Shown piece by piece: positions 28,082 through 38,230 of a stretch of DNA of 62,501 nucleotides (position 1 is its first letter; each line of letters opens with the position of its first letter). Under the pieces are notes generated by a model that was given only the letters and a program-made list of their open reading frames with translations, was not told the DNA's origin and made no database searches. This stretch comes from a virus (taxonomy: Duplodnaviria; Caudoviricetes), in the IMG/VR virus record IMGVR_UViG_3300031772_000033, positions 1 through 62,501 of that record; one strand, 5' to 3'. Position numbers and translations under genes: made by a program.

Positions 28082-30051
28082 CAAGCAGGCAAGCCGATTT
28101 GATTCTGCAAGAACTTGACATTTATTCAATGCTCGAAAATACGGAAGAAGTTGATTGTTTGGCTGAAAATAATCCAGAATTACTCGATGCTTATAAAGCA
28201 ATGATTAAATTTGCAAAGCGTAAAGATAAGGGATAAGGAGTGAGAGATGATCAAACTGAAAATAACATGGAAAAAGTTTTCCGAAATATGCCCGCACTCT
28301 TACGATTACAACGGGAGACGATGCTTGATACCTCGACACAATTTAGCTTGTAGTGAAAAATGTACACAAAAAAATTGTCCGTTATTGGTAAGGGATAAGG
28401 AGTGAGACGATGACTTGGGCTAAACCCGATCTATACTACGGATTATACTGGTCAGGATTAAGCACAACCATTAAGAGGTTTTAAGGAAATGACCAATGAC
28501 GTGCGGCAGGCAAGCATAATGCTGTCCCTGAAGAGCCTCTGACGGATGCCAAGCATCTTGTTAAGCGCAACCCCTTGCCGAGAATTCCGGCTCGCACGTT
28601 TTCATTAACAGATTAAAGATGGAGGTTGAGATGACCGTTTTGGAATTTATTTTATACCCCGGACTGTTTACTGAATTACATGGCGGGAAGAAAGATGATA
28701 GAACTTCTGAATTGTTAAATAAGTTTGGCCGCGCACAACTTGGAATAGACGGAAATTGCGGGTTTGCGCTTTTGGGTGGAGATCTTCAAGAAGGAGAATC
28801 TGAATTTGTGGAAATAAAAGGCGATAAAATTGACGATCAATTAAGGGCTTGCAGTTTTGCATTAAACAAATTGCGAGAGCGCATTGATGCACCTGGTATG
28901 AGTTACTATTTTGGCCCAAGTCATCCGTACGGTAACTAACCCTACTCCGTAAGCGCGGGAGGGAGGAAAAGTGAGAAAAAATAAATGGTATGTATTACAA
29001 GATTCATATCATCTTGCCCTAATGGAAAGTCGTGAGTGCGGAGGTTGGACTGTGTGGCGGAGAATTTATATGCTAATAGCAAATACAATATATTATTATC
29101 AAGAACATTTTGAATGGCTAACAGAAAAACACGTGCGTTTTACTGGTGGAGGAAGAAATGAGTACAATAAATGTCCTCGCCGCTAAAATTATGTTACTTA
29201 CTATGATGATTTTTGTTGCATACCAAGAGGTGGCAAATAAAAAAATAAGCCACGATACATTAATAATCTGTTTAATAGTCATAATGTGTTTTTTGTCGCT
29301 TTTACAAGCCGTTACTCCATTGAAAAGCGCAACGAAGAAAAAAGTTTGCAGCATGTGCAAAGGCAAAAAAAAAGTTGATCTTGTCGGGCATGGCATAGGT
29401 CTCATGGGTGAGACGTGCCCGAAGTGTCACGGGACCGGGAAACGAAAGGGGAAAGCGTGAAAGCTTGTATGGGTTGTAAGTACGCCGTATGGGATCTAAC
29501 AAAAGTCGGTAGGCTTCATCCGTCTGGTGATGGACATTGTGAATATGCGTATAAATTACCGGAACTGCCAAATTCAAGGTATTGGATTATAAGCGATCCG
29601 AGACCAGCGGGCGGATATATATCAAGAAAAAAGGAGTATCCAAACCATTGCCCATATTATATGCGTCAACCCGCCCAATCAGAGAGCAAGGAGAAACCAT
29701 GAAACGCGTATTAATTTTCGCTGGAATGCAATTAAAAAAATTGGTAATTGTTACTACCGTAATAAGTCTCTTTATTGGATGGGTATATCTATTTGCACTT
29801 TCCCTGAAGCATGATTTATATATTCTCTCGGCCGCTTGGGTGCTACTTTCTTTTATTGCAATTTTTGGGAAGGAAATTACTGAGCGGATTCAATCTGAGT
29901 GGCACAAGGCTGGGGAGATCGAAAAGAAATGGAGCAAGAAATGAAAATTGAGATTGTATTATTTATTATAAGTATGACGGCTTTTTTGGTTTGGGGCTAT
30001 TGTTCTTATCTTTTATTGATAAGTGATCGTAAAAATTGGAGGAAGCAAGAA

Positions 30052-30360
30052 ATGAAACGTATATTGACCATTACTCTGCTTGCCACTATGCTGGCGGGAT
30101 GTAAGAAAGTACGGATAGAACAGGAAGTTAAAACTCAAAGTTTTATAAATTGTACTTATCGAGTTTCGACATGGCTTTGGATTTACGATTTTCCTTGGTG
30201 TTTAGGTAGTACAATCGAACACTCTTTTTATAATTATAATGTTACTAAAGATAGTGTTTGCGCCGTAAAGGTGAGACAACTTAAAGCAATGCTTCCGTAT
30301 TATATAAAAGCAAAACAGATACTCAAAGACGGTATTGATCCGTGTAAGGAGAGACCATGA
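30052..30360 (+). CDS. Lipoprotein
   Basis: MKRILTITLLATMLAG/C lipobox; GGAGG upstream. Confidence 0.7.
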   Translation: MKRILTITLLATMLAGCKKVRIEQEVKTQSFINCTYRVSTWLWIYDFPWCLGSTIEHSFYNYNVTKDSVCAVKVRQLKAMLPYYIKAKQILKDGIDPCKERP

Positions 30361-30761
30361 AGAAGCTTATAATCTACATTTTTTTGTTGATGTTCTCAGG
30401 ATGTGCATGGGGACAGATTCTAAGCGATCCAGGCATTAATGACACGCGAGAGAATATTCAAACAGAGAATACTCAGATAAAGATATTTCGTGCCAATGAT
30501 CCTTATGATATGGGCCGCTCGTTCGAGCGTTGGCTTAGACTTTCCGACCTTGTGGATTATTGGGATGAGTACAAGGAATGGACGAAAGTGAACCCAATAA
30601 AATATGCAACTGGTACGTGGACCTGTGTTTTGGATTCTATGAGCAACGGTCGAATAATAGGGAGAAATTATCCAGATTCTTGCACGATGCAAAGACCGAT
30701 TAGTGCGGAAGATTTTATTGAGAACTTTCTACGCGGCAAACTGCGAGAGGCAAAGCCATGA
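30357..30761 (+). CDS. Exported hypothetical protein
   Basis: Signal ending AWG/Q (or SG/C lipobox). Confidence 0.65.
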   Translation: MKKLIIYIFLLMFSGCAWGQILSDPGINDTRENIQTENTQIKIFRANDPYDMGRSFERWLRLSDLVDYWDEYKEWTKVNPIKYATGTWTCVLDSMSNGRIIGRNYPDSCTMQRPISAEDFIENFLRGKLREAKP

Positions 30762-31073
30762 CTAAGTTAAAGAAGTGCAATTTATGCAACAAACCATTAG
30801 GAAACGACAAAATGATTTACAATTACAAGAATGAGAAAGCTCATTGGCATTGTATCATGAATCAATCAAGAAAGAATGAGGAGGCAAAGCGATGAGTTGG
30901 GCACATCGGCTTCACGCCAGTCATATAACCGGCAAGCAGTACATTCCTCCCGTCGGCAACGTCTGGCTATTCGTGTTCAGTTCGGGCGGTAAATTACTTC
31001 GTGCTTATCGTTATCCAAAGGCAGGAAGTTCGGCTAAAATTCGAATCTGGTAAACTGAAAGGTTGCCATTCTG

Positions 31074-31619
31074 ATGAAAATTTTAATTGCATGCGAATTT
31101 TCTGGAATTGTCCGCGATGCTTTTAAGGAAAAAGGTCACGATGCTTGGAGTTGTGATTTATTGCCAACTGAAAAACCGGGTCAACATATTCAAGGTGATG
31201 TTTTAGAGATTTTAAATGATGGATGGGACTTAATGATTGCGCATCCTCCGTGTACTCATTTAGCGGTTAGTGGGGCGCGGTGGTTCAAATTTAAGGTCAT
31301 AGAACAGGCGGAAGCATTGGAATTTGTGCGGAGACTTTTAGATGCGTCCGTTTACAAAATCGCCCTTGAAAATCCCGTAAGTATTATTTCGTCTACAATA
31401 CGAAAGCCGGATCAAATTATTCAGCCTTGGATGTTTGGGCACGGAGAAACAAAAGCAACCTGTTTGTGGCTGAAAAATTTACCACTATTAAATCCGACAA
31501 ATATTGTAGAGGGAAGAACGGCGCGGGTTCATTTTGAATCGCCGGGGCCGGAGCGATGGAAGAACAGAAGCCGTACCCTGCAAGGCATAGCCGATGCAAT
31601 GGCAACTCAATGGTCGTAA
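31074..31619 (+). CDS. Short phage DNA cytosine methyltransferase-like protein
   Basis: ILIACEFSG, SCDL, AHPPCT, ENPVS, ADAMATQW. Confidence 0.8.
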   Translation: MKILIACEFSGIVRDAFKEKGHDAWSCDLLPTEKPGQHIQGDVLEILNDGWDLMIAHPPCTHLAVSGARWFKFKVIEQAEALEFVRRLLDASVYKIALENPVSIISSTIRKPDQIIQPWMFGHGETKATCLWLKNLPLLNPTNIVEGRTARVHFESPGPERWKNRSRTLQGIADAMATQWS

Positions 31620-31630
31620 GGGATAATAAA

Positions 31631-32194
31631 ATGAGAAAATATCACATACAACCAGGAAACAAATTTAATAGATTAACAGCAATAAAATTAGATCATATTG
31701 GGAAACACAATAGATCGTATTTCTTATTTAAATGTGAATGCGGAAAAACTAAAATAATATTGGGTTCATTGGTTAGGTCGGGCAACACAAAAAGTTGCGG
31801 TTGTCTTTCAATGGAAAAGAAAAAATCAAAACTTTTACCAGAGAACATGGGAGTTATTAATCAAATAATTTTAGGTTATAAGCGCCATGCAAAACGTAGA
31901 GGGCTTTTATGGGAATTGACCTTTAATGATGTGTCTGTCATAATTAAAAAGCCGTGTCGTTATTGCGGATTAATTCCTTCTAATAATAAAATTACTAAAA
32001 ATTGTAACGGGTTTTTATATAGCGGAATAGACCGCGTTGATTCTTCCGTGGGATACGTAAAGGTAAATGTTGTTTCTTGTTGTAGTCAATGCAATAAATC
32101 AAAAATGGCATTATCGAAAAACGAATTTTTATCTTGGATTATTCGTGTTTACAAACACCAAGATGCAATGGCCGATCAATGGGGAATTAATTAA
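31631..32194 (+). CDS. HNH-like homing endonuclease
   Basis: CECG...SCGC; CRYCG; GIDRVDSS.GY...NVV.CC..CN..K. Confidence 0.85.
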   Translation: MRKYHIQPGNKFNRLTAIKLDHIGKHNRSYFLFKCECGKTKIILGSLVRSGNTKSCGCLSMEKKKSKLLPENMGVINQIILGYKRHAKRRGLLWELTFNDVSVIIKKPCRYCGLIPSNNKITKNCNGFLYSGIDRVDSSVGYVKVNVVSCCSQCNKSKMALSKNEFLSWIIRVYKHQDAMADQWGIN

Positions 32195-32517
32195 TGGCAA
32201 TTGATCTGAATAAAGAAATCCAGACACTTCGCGAGGCGGCGGCTATCGGTACGAAATATCAATGGTCGAAAGTGACATCCGAGAATATGCGCCTCGCGAA
32301 TCATCTTAAAAAACTCCTCGCCGAGCAGCAGGCGGAGGCGGCGGGGAAACAGGGGAGATTGCTGTGAAGGCGTTAAAGAAATGTAGAATTAAGGATTGCG
32401 GTGAGCCAGTTGATCGGTTGTATTTCGATCTCTGCCGTAAATGCGCTCAGGAAATAATTGCAATGCACGAGGCGGGGGAATGGTTGGATATACCTGTGAA
32501 AATAAAGGAGAATTGAA

Positions 32518-33312
32518 ATGTTTGATCTTTACAAAATGAAACAATGTCTGAGATGTAAAAATGAATTTAAATCTAATTCGATGATTCACGGTGATGATGT
32601 TTGCTCTACCTGTGAAAGAATGAACAGTATAACATTTTGGTTGCCAAAACTTCAAAACGTACAATGCCCTATTCCTAAAACAATAATGATAAATGCGGAT
32701 ATTGATTTAGGCCCGATGGTTGACGGGGTAGAAGTCGAAGGAACGGATAGATTTTTTAATGAATTAAATAACGCCGCAAATATATTAGGTTTTCCTGTAT
32801 TTCTTAGAACTGAAATGTTAAGCAATAAGCATGACTGGATAAATTCTTGCTTTATTGAAAATGAAAAACAATTTCCGAGTCATATAGTAAATTTACTTGA
32901 AATGAGCGCAGTAGTAACAATTGACCGATTCAAGGATTGCAATTTTTTTGCTATCCGAAAAATGATTGAAACCGAAAAAGCATTCACATATTTCAATGGA
33001 ATGCCAATCACGAAAGAAATTAGAGTTTTTATACGAAACGGCAAAATAGAATGTCAACATCCTTATTGGCCTAAAGATGTTTTTGAAAAAATAGACGATA
33101 CGCTTATTAAAAAAGTACAAGAATTGAATGATGATGATAAAGATATAATTAATAAATACGGAAATTATTTAGCAAAAATATTTCATGGATGGTGGTCTGT
33201 TGATTTTCTTAAATCAAAGAAAGGCGATTGGTATTGTACGGATATGGCCATCGGGGAAAGTTCATGGCATGATGAAAAATGTATTAATAAAATCAAGGAA
33301 CATTTGATTTGA
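32518..33312 (+). CDS. ATP-grasp-like (R2K-type) protein
   Basis: PVFLRT, EIRVFI, WSVDF......WYCTDM. Confidence 0.6.
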   Translation: MFDLYKMKQCLRCKNEFKSNSMIHGDDVCSTCERMNSITFWLPKLQNVQCPIPKTIMINADIDLGPMVDGVEVEGTDRFFNELNNAANILGFPVFLRTEMLSNKHDWINSCFIENEKQFPSHIVNLLEMSAVVTIDRFKDCNFFAIRKMIETEKAFTYFNGMPITKEIRVFIRNGKIECQHPYWPKDVFEKIDDTLIKKVQELNDDDKDIINKYGNYLAKIFHGWWSVDFLKSKKGDWYCTDMAIGESSWHDEKCINKIKEHLI

Positions 33313-33490
33313 GGTTATAAGTGGATGAGCAAAGACTCAATGCCATAATCATCGGCAAACTCGGAGTGGAAGGTCTATCCATACAATCGCCTTGGGAGGA
33401 AATCGAAACCTGTCTGTCTCGGACCGTCAGACCTGATTTGTGCATTTCGGTTGCCCGCAGATTGAAAGCGGAGGATGAGGGGAAACTATT

Positions 33491-33991
33491 GTGATCAAAC
33501 CACGTGAAGGGGAAGTCAATCCATATTTACTGAAAAAGTTGGATGCAAGAATAGCCACCCAAAAACGAATTATGGAACGTACAAAACCTATTTGGAACAG
33601 ACAAGGGGCAATTCCCGGCCCACTTGCTACCGGCAGAAGTGGCTATTCAATGGGGAAAAAACTCGATGCTCAGAATGATAGAATGTCTCGTGCTTTTAGT
33701 GAATATCAAACAGCAGAAAAAGAATTTAATAATCTCACGAAAAGACGCAAAGATTTTATTACTGGAAAGGTTAATTACAACGGACAACCCAAAGCGCATA
33801 AAACAGGAGATTATGCACAATCTCAATTTGACAAAATAGAGATTGGCGATAAAATCGACATTGGCGGTAACGTTCCATTGAAAGTTATCAAGAAAAACAA
33901 ATCAACAGTCGTAACGGAAGGTGGGTCAAAGTGGAATGTGCGGGAGATTGAGGAATTAATTAAATCTGAATCCATTAGGGAGAATCTATGA
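33491..33991 (+). CDS. Hypothetical protein, possibly linked to the adjacent methylase
   Basis: ATGRSG motif, coiled coil, SH3-like end; coupled to 33988. Confidence 0.55.
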   Translation: MIKPREGEVNPYLLKKLDARIATQKRIMERTKPIWNRQGAIPGPLATGRSGYSMGKKLDAQNDRMSRAFSEYQTAEKEFNNLTKRRKDFITGKVNYNGQPKAHKTGDYAQSQFDKIEIGDKIDIGGNVPLKVIKKNKSTVVTEGGSKWNVREIEELIKSESIRENL

Positions 33992-34737
33992 AGATCGAAA
34001 CAAGCATTCTCGAAATCATCGAACGTGGCAGGACGGAAGGAAGTCTTTATTATCTGCCCGAAGGTCAACTTGACCGTGCAACATACGTGGCCGTCAACAA
34101 GGTCTTGGAATGCCTCGGAGGAAAATGGAACAGGAAAGAAAAAGCGCACGTCTTTGAATCGGATATTTCGGAACGCATTGACGATGTGCTTTTAACCGGC
34201 GAAGTCATTGACAAGAAAAAGGAATTTCAATTTTTTGAAACACCGCCTAAAATTGTTGCACAATTAATTCAACTCGCAGACATTCAGCCGGGGCAAATGT
34301 GCCTTGAACCTTCAGCCGGGAAAGGTGCGATTGCAGAGGCTTTGAGGAAAAAGGCCGGCGGTGGAGTTTTCTGTTGTGAATTGAATCCGGAAAACGTATC
34401 CGACTTGAGAGCAGACGGATTCTATGTTTTCGAAGGTGATTTTCTACAATTTTCAGAAACAGCGAAATATGACCGGATTGTGATGAATCCGCCGTTTCAA
34501 AAACAATTTGACCTCGATCACGTCCTGAAGGCGTTGGAGTTCCTGAAAGACGGTGGGATTTTGGTTTCCGTAATGTCCGTCGGGGTGACATTCAGGACGA
34601 ACAAAAAGACGTTGGATTTCTGGAAAGTGATTGATAAATATGACAAAGAAGTGATCGTCTTGGAACCGGGCGCATTCAAAGTATCGGGAACATCGGTCAA
34701 CGCGATTATTCTGAAAGTGAAGGCCGCGAATGTCTGA
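33988..34737 (+). CDS. SAM-dependent adenine methyltransferase-like protein
   Basis: QFFETP, LEPSAGKG, MNPPF. Confidence 0.85.
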   Translation: MKIETSILEIIERGRTEGSLYYLPEGQLDRATYVAVNKVLECLGGKWNRKEKAHVFESDISERIDDVLLTGEVIDKKKEFQFFETPPKIVAQLIQLADIQPGQMCLEPSAGKGAIAEALRKKAGGGVFCCELNPENVSDLRADGFYVFEGDFLQFSETAKYDRIVMNPPFQKQFDLDHVLKALEFLKDGGILVSVMSVGVTFRTNKKTLDFWKVIDKYDKEVIVLEPGAFKVSGTSVNAIILKVKAANV

Positions 34738-35023
34738 TTTTGTCGGATTTCATCATGCGATAATTGGCCTTGTCTTAATGCTTATCGGCTTCATCATTTT
34801 AATCTCAGGGCGAAAGACAAAGACGCGCAAACGAATTGCCTTGGTCATTATCGCCCTTGGTGCTTTGATTTTCGCGGATGATGTTTTTCAGCATTACATG
34901 CAGTACACCGATCCGAGTTACCGAAGTCCGCTTCATAAACTTTACGGCGCGACTTTTTGGAAATGGCATTGGATTCAGAAAATCAATGAATGGTTTGATA
35001 AAGTTTTCGGGAGGAAAGTATGA
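34730..35023 (+). CDS. Small two-TM membrane protein
   Basis: Two hydrophobic helices. Confidence 0.65.
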   Translation: MSDFVGFHHAIIGLVLMLIGFIILISGRKTKTRKRIALVIIALGALIFADDVFQHYMQYTDPSYRSPLHKLYGATFWKWHWIQKINEWFDKVFGRKV

Positions 35024-35793
35024 ACGAAGGAAAGTGGTGGACGGCGACTTGGAATCCAGTGACGGGATGTTCGCCCGTTTCATCTGGTTGCGATCATTGT
35101 TGGGCACGAAGTATGGCGAAACGGTTCAGAGGACCCGATGGGTTCAAGGTGAAATTTCATTCAAATCATATTCATGATCCATTTTATTTAAAAAAGCCAC
35201 ACCAATTTTTTGTCTGTAACATGGGTGATTTATTTTATGATGAAGTACCGGAAAATTTCATTAATACTGTGATGAGCATCATGTTCAATTCTAAGCAACA
35301 CACATTTTATTTATTGACAAAACGCCCTGAACGTATGGCCGAATACATGAAAAATGTTCGCGGGGAGGATCGTGTCATTGAAAATTTGTGGCTTGGCACA
35401 TCTGTCGAAGATCAAAAGACCGCAGACAAGCGTATTCCGATTCTTCTGTCAATCCCCGGATTCAAGAAATTTGTTTCCGTGGAGCCGATGTTGGGACCGG
35501 TGAATGTTAAAAGGTGGCTTAGAGATCCCGAATGCACTTGCTATGAAATTATAGGAGGACATCAACAGGGATGTTATTATTATAATCATAGTACTTTTCC
35601 CCCCTTACTTGACTGGATTATTTGTGGCGCAGAAACGGGCCCCGGGGCCAGACCGATGAATTTAGATTGGGCGCGGACGATCAGGGATCAATGTCGATTC
35701 GCCAGCGTCCCGTTCTTTTTCAAATCAGTCGGGCCGAAAATTGAAATACCAAGTGATCTTTTAATTCGCGAATATCCAGGGGACGTAAAATGA
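35020..35793 (+). CDS. Phage Gp37/Gp68 (DUF5131) family protein
   Basis: TWNPVTGC..VS.GC.HCWA, MGDLF, LLTKRP, S.EP.LG, WII.GAETG. Confidence 0.9.
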   Translation: MNEGKWWTATWNPVTGCSPVSSGCDHCWARSMAKRFRGPDGFKVKFHSNHIHDPFYLKKPHQFFVCNMGDLFYDEVPENFINTVMSIMFNSKQHTFYLLTKRPERMAEYMKNVRGEDRVIENLWLGTSVEDQKTADKRIPILLSIPGFKKFVSVEPMLGPVNVKRWLRDPECTCYEIIGGHQQGCYYYNHSTFPPLLDWIICGAETGPGARPMNLDWARTIRDQCRFASVPFFFKSVGPKIEIPSDLLIREYPGDVK

Positions 35794-36386
35794 GACCATG
35801 CCCTAAGCCAACTCCACGCGAAAAGAAGTCGAAGCCATTGCGTAAGCCATACGTGAGGCCGGAAACAATCAAGCATTACTTTGGACTTCCTATAATTATT
35901 AAACGGCTGAACGAAAGAACCGAGTCAATTTATCCATGTTCAAAGCAAAAACAACTTGCATGGAAAGATTCTGATTGTTTAGTAGCTCAATGCGATGATT
36001 TATGGCGTGAGATTATAAAGGCAAAGGCAGGCTATCGATCAGAACTTTCAGGCAAAATGGCTGACCCGGAAAATGGGATTTATCTTCAATCGCATCATAT
36101 TTTACAAAAGCCCAATCGAAGGTTAAGATATGAACTGGAAAACGGAATTTGCATTACCAAGGGTGAACATAATTGGGGAGCACACGGGGGAAGACAAGAG
36201 GAATTTCGAAGAAAGATTCAGGCGATACGGGGTGCGGATATTTTTGATAGACTCTATTTACTGAAAAACCAGAAACCTCCGGACATGATAATGCTAAAAA
36301 TTTATCTCACGAAGGAATTGGAAAAATTAAAAGTTGAAACCCACAAAGGACAAAAACAAGCAAAATCATCCTCATGGCAAGGATAA
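35790..36386 (+). CDS. NinG-like/HNH nuclease
   Basis: D.LW...IK, QSHHI, LRYELENG.C....H. Confidence 0.6.
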   Translation: MRPCPKPTPREKKSKPLRKPYVRPETIKHYFGLPIIIKRLNERTESIYPCSKQKQLAWKDSDCLVAQCDDLWREIIKAKAGYRSELSGKMADPENGIYLQSHHILQKPNRRLRYELENGICITKGEHNWGAHGGRQEEFRRKIQAIRGADIFDRLYLLKNQKPPDMIMLKIYLTKELEKLKVETHKGQKQAKSSSWQG

Positions 36387-36801
36387 GATGATTCATGCAA
36401 AATCAAGAAAGTGTTGTAAATGCAAAATACAACAGGCTGTTGCTTTTTGGCAGTGAAATGGATTTGCAAGATTTAAAATGCGAAGCAGAAACAGACGCGG
36501 GGAAACCATGTCGATATAAGCCGAAATTTATTTATAAGGTTGTGGCCGGGGATTGCCAGTTACTTTGCAGAAGACATGCGAAAAGATTTTTTAAATCGAA
36601 ATCAATCAGAAAAATAACGGAAAAATAAAATGGATCTACCTCCAAGATTTGATGCTTTATTTAAACATTTTAAGCAACCAGATTCAAGTGCTTGGTGTCT
36701 TGATTGCAAATGGAAAGGCAAGTTAAGCGAGACGAAATATAAAGATAAGACTCAGGTTTGTCCGGTGTGCAATGGATTCGTAAAGTGGTCGGAAAAATGA
36801 A

Positions 36802-36913
36802 TGCCGCCCGTGGCGAAATTATTAAAAGCTACCTGACAGAGGGCAGACCCCGAATAACCATGCCGGTTAGGCGAATAAGGGGCACTTGCGGGTGCAAATC
36901 CCGTCGGGCGGCA
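36802..36913 (+). ncRNA. tRNA-like RNA with aberrant core
   Basis: 9-bp closing stem TGCCGCCCG/CGGGCGGCA; TGGCGAAATT D-arm-like start; GCGGG-TGCAAAT-CCCGT T-arm. Confidence 0.6.
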
Positions 36914-36917
36914 ACAA

Positions 36918-36989
36918 GGGACGGAAGTGTAACGGTCGCACCTCTGGCTGTGGCCCAGAGAGCACTCGGTTCGACTCCGAGCCGCCCCT
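36918..36989 (+). tRNA. tRNA-His(GUG), atypical
   Basis: Cloverleaf: D stem GTGT/GCAC, anticodon arm TCTGG-CTGTGGC-CCAGA, T arm CTCGG-TTCGACT-CCGAG; A8, A4.C69, no CCA. Confidence 0.85.
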
Positions 36990-37017
36990 CAACGAATTTA
37001 AAAAAAAGGAGAATAAA

Positions 37018-37926
37018 ATGACTTCATGGCATTCTTATCCAAGTGTTTTTGCAATGGGACACAAGGCCATTGAAAATCTTTTTAATGGGCCTGTTTTATG
37101 CGAAGAAAAAATTGATGGATCGCAATTCTCTTTCGGAAGATTTGATGGTATTTTAAAAGTCAAATCCAAGGGGAAGGAAATTATCCCGGAAGCACCAGAG
37201 AAACTATTTTGCGAAGCCATTGAAACCGTAAGTAAATTAGACCTTATTGAAGGACGTACTTATCGTGGAGAAGTTTTACAGAAACCTAAACATAATGCGA
37301 TTGCCTATGACCGCATTCCCAAGGGGAATGTTATTTTATTTGATATAAATATTAACGAAGAAGAATATCTATCTTACGATGAAAAAAAACAAGAAGCCGA
37401 CAGGATAGGACTTGAAGTTGTTCCGATTCTATATTACGGAGAAATTAAAGAACAGAAAATCATTCTTGATATGCTTGAAACAATTTCAATTCTTGGAGGC
37501 CAGAAAATTGAGGGCGTTGTAATTAAAAATTATGCACAATTCGGCAGAGACAAGAAAGTATTAATGGGGAAATATGTTTCCGAGGCATTTAAGGAAGTTC
37601 ATAAAAAGGAATGGGGTGAATCAAATCCCGGCCAGAATGATATTCTCACAAGATTAATTACAATGTTAAAAACTCCAGCACGATGGGACAAATCTGTTGT
37701 CCATTTACGTGAACGCGGGGAACTTGAAAGCAGCCCAAGAGACATTGGAAAACTAATCCCGGAAATCAAGCACGATGTTGAAACCGAATGCGAATCCGAG
37801 ATGAAAGAGGTTTTATATAAATGGGCTAAAGATCATGTTTTGCGCGGAGTAACGGGAGGCGTAGCCGAATGGTACAAAAAGAAACTTTTGGAAAGTCAAT
37901 TCGAGAATAATGACACGGTATTATAA
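37018..37926 (+). CDS. RNA ligase (Rnl2-like nucleotidyltransferase)
   Basis: EEKIDGSQ, RGE, LFDI, EGVVIK, K.VSEAFKE. Confidence 0.85.
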   Translation: MTSWHSYPSVFAMGHKAIENLFNGPVLCEEKIDGSQFSFGRFDGILKVKSKGKEIIPEAPEKLFCEAIETVSKLDLIEGRTYRGEVLQKPKHNAIAYDRIPKGNVILFDININEEEYLSYDEKKQEADRIGLEVVPILYYGEIKEQKIILDMLETISILGGQKIEGVVIKNYAQFGRDKKVLMGKYVSEAFKEVHKKEWGESNPGQNDILTRLITMLKTPARWDKSVVHLRERGELESSPRDIGKLIPEIKHDVETECESEMKEVLYKWAKDHVLRGVTGGVAEWYKKKLLESQFENNDTVL

Positions 37927-37963
37927 GAGCACATTATAAGCTTGGAGGAAAAAGAAAAAAACA

Positions 37964-38230
37964 ATGCCAATAAAATTAACCGAAAACCACAGGGTAGGCC
38001 GGGGAATACGCGAGGTTCTTGCGAATTTCGTTTTGACTATCCCCGACGGAATGGCCTACACGATTCAGGAGGTGGGTGAGAAGTTAGGACATCGTCCAGA
38101 CATCATCCGACGTACAGCCAAAGAACTTGACGCATATATGATCGTCCATTCTCCGGCTCAAGGACAAATGTGCGTAGTAGCAAACCAGAAGACCATAAAG
38201 GAGAAATTGGATGCCAATAGAGCTAAATAA
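37964..38230 (+). CDS. Small HTH-like protein
   Basis: TIQEVGEKLGHRPDIIRR; overlaps the phosphoesterase start. Confidence 0.5.
   Translation: MPIKLTENHRVGRGIREVLANFVLTIPDGMAYTIQEVGEKLGHRPDIIRRTAKELDAYMIVHSPAQGQMCVVANQKTIKEKLDANRAK

Noticed and set aside
28499-28598. Hammerhead ribozyme suggested by CTGAAGAG within a CGTGCG/CGCACG-closed region
   Set aside because: The required GAAA after stem II is absent (CAAG instead) and stems I and III could not be built
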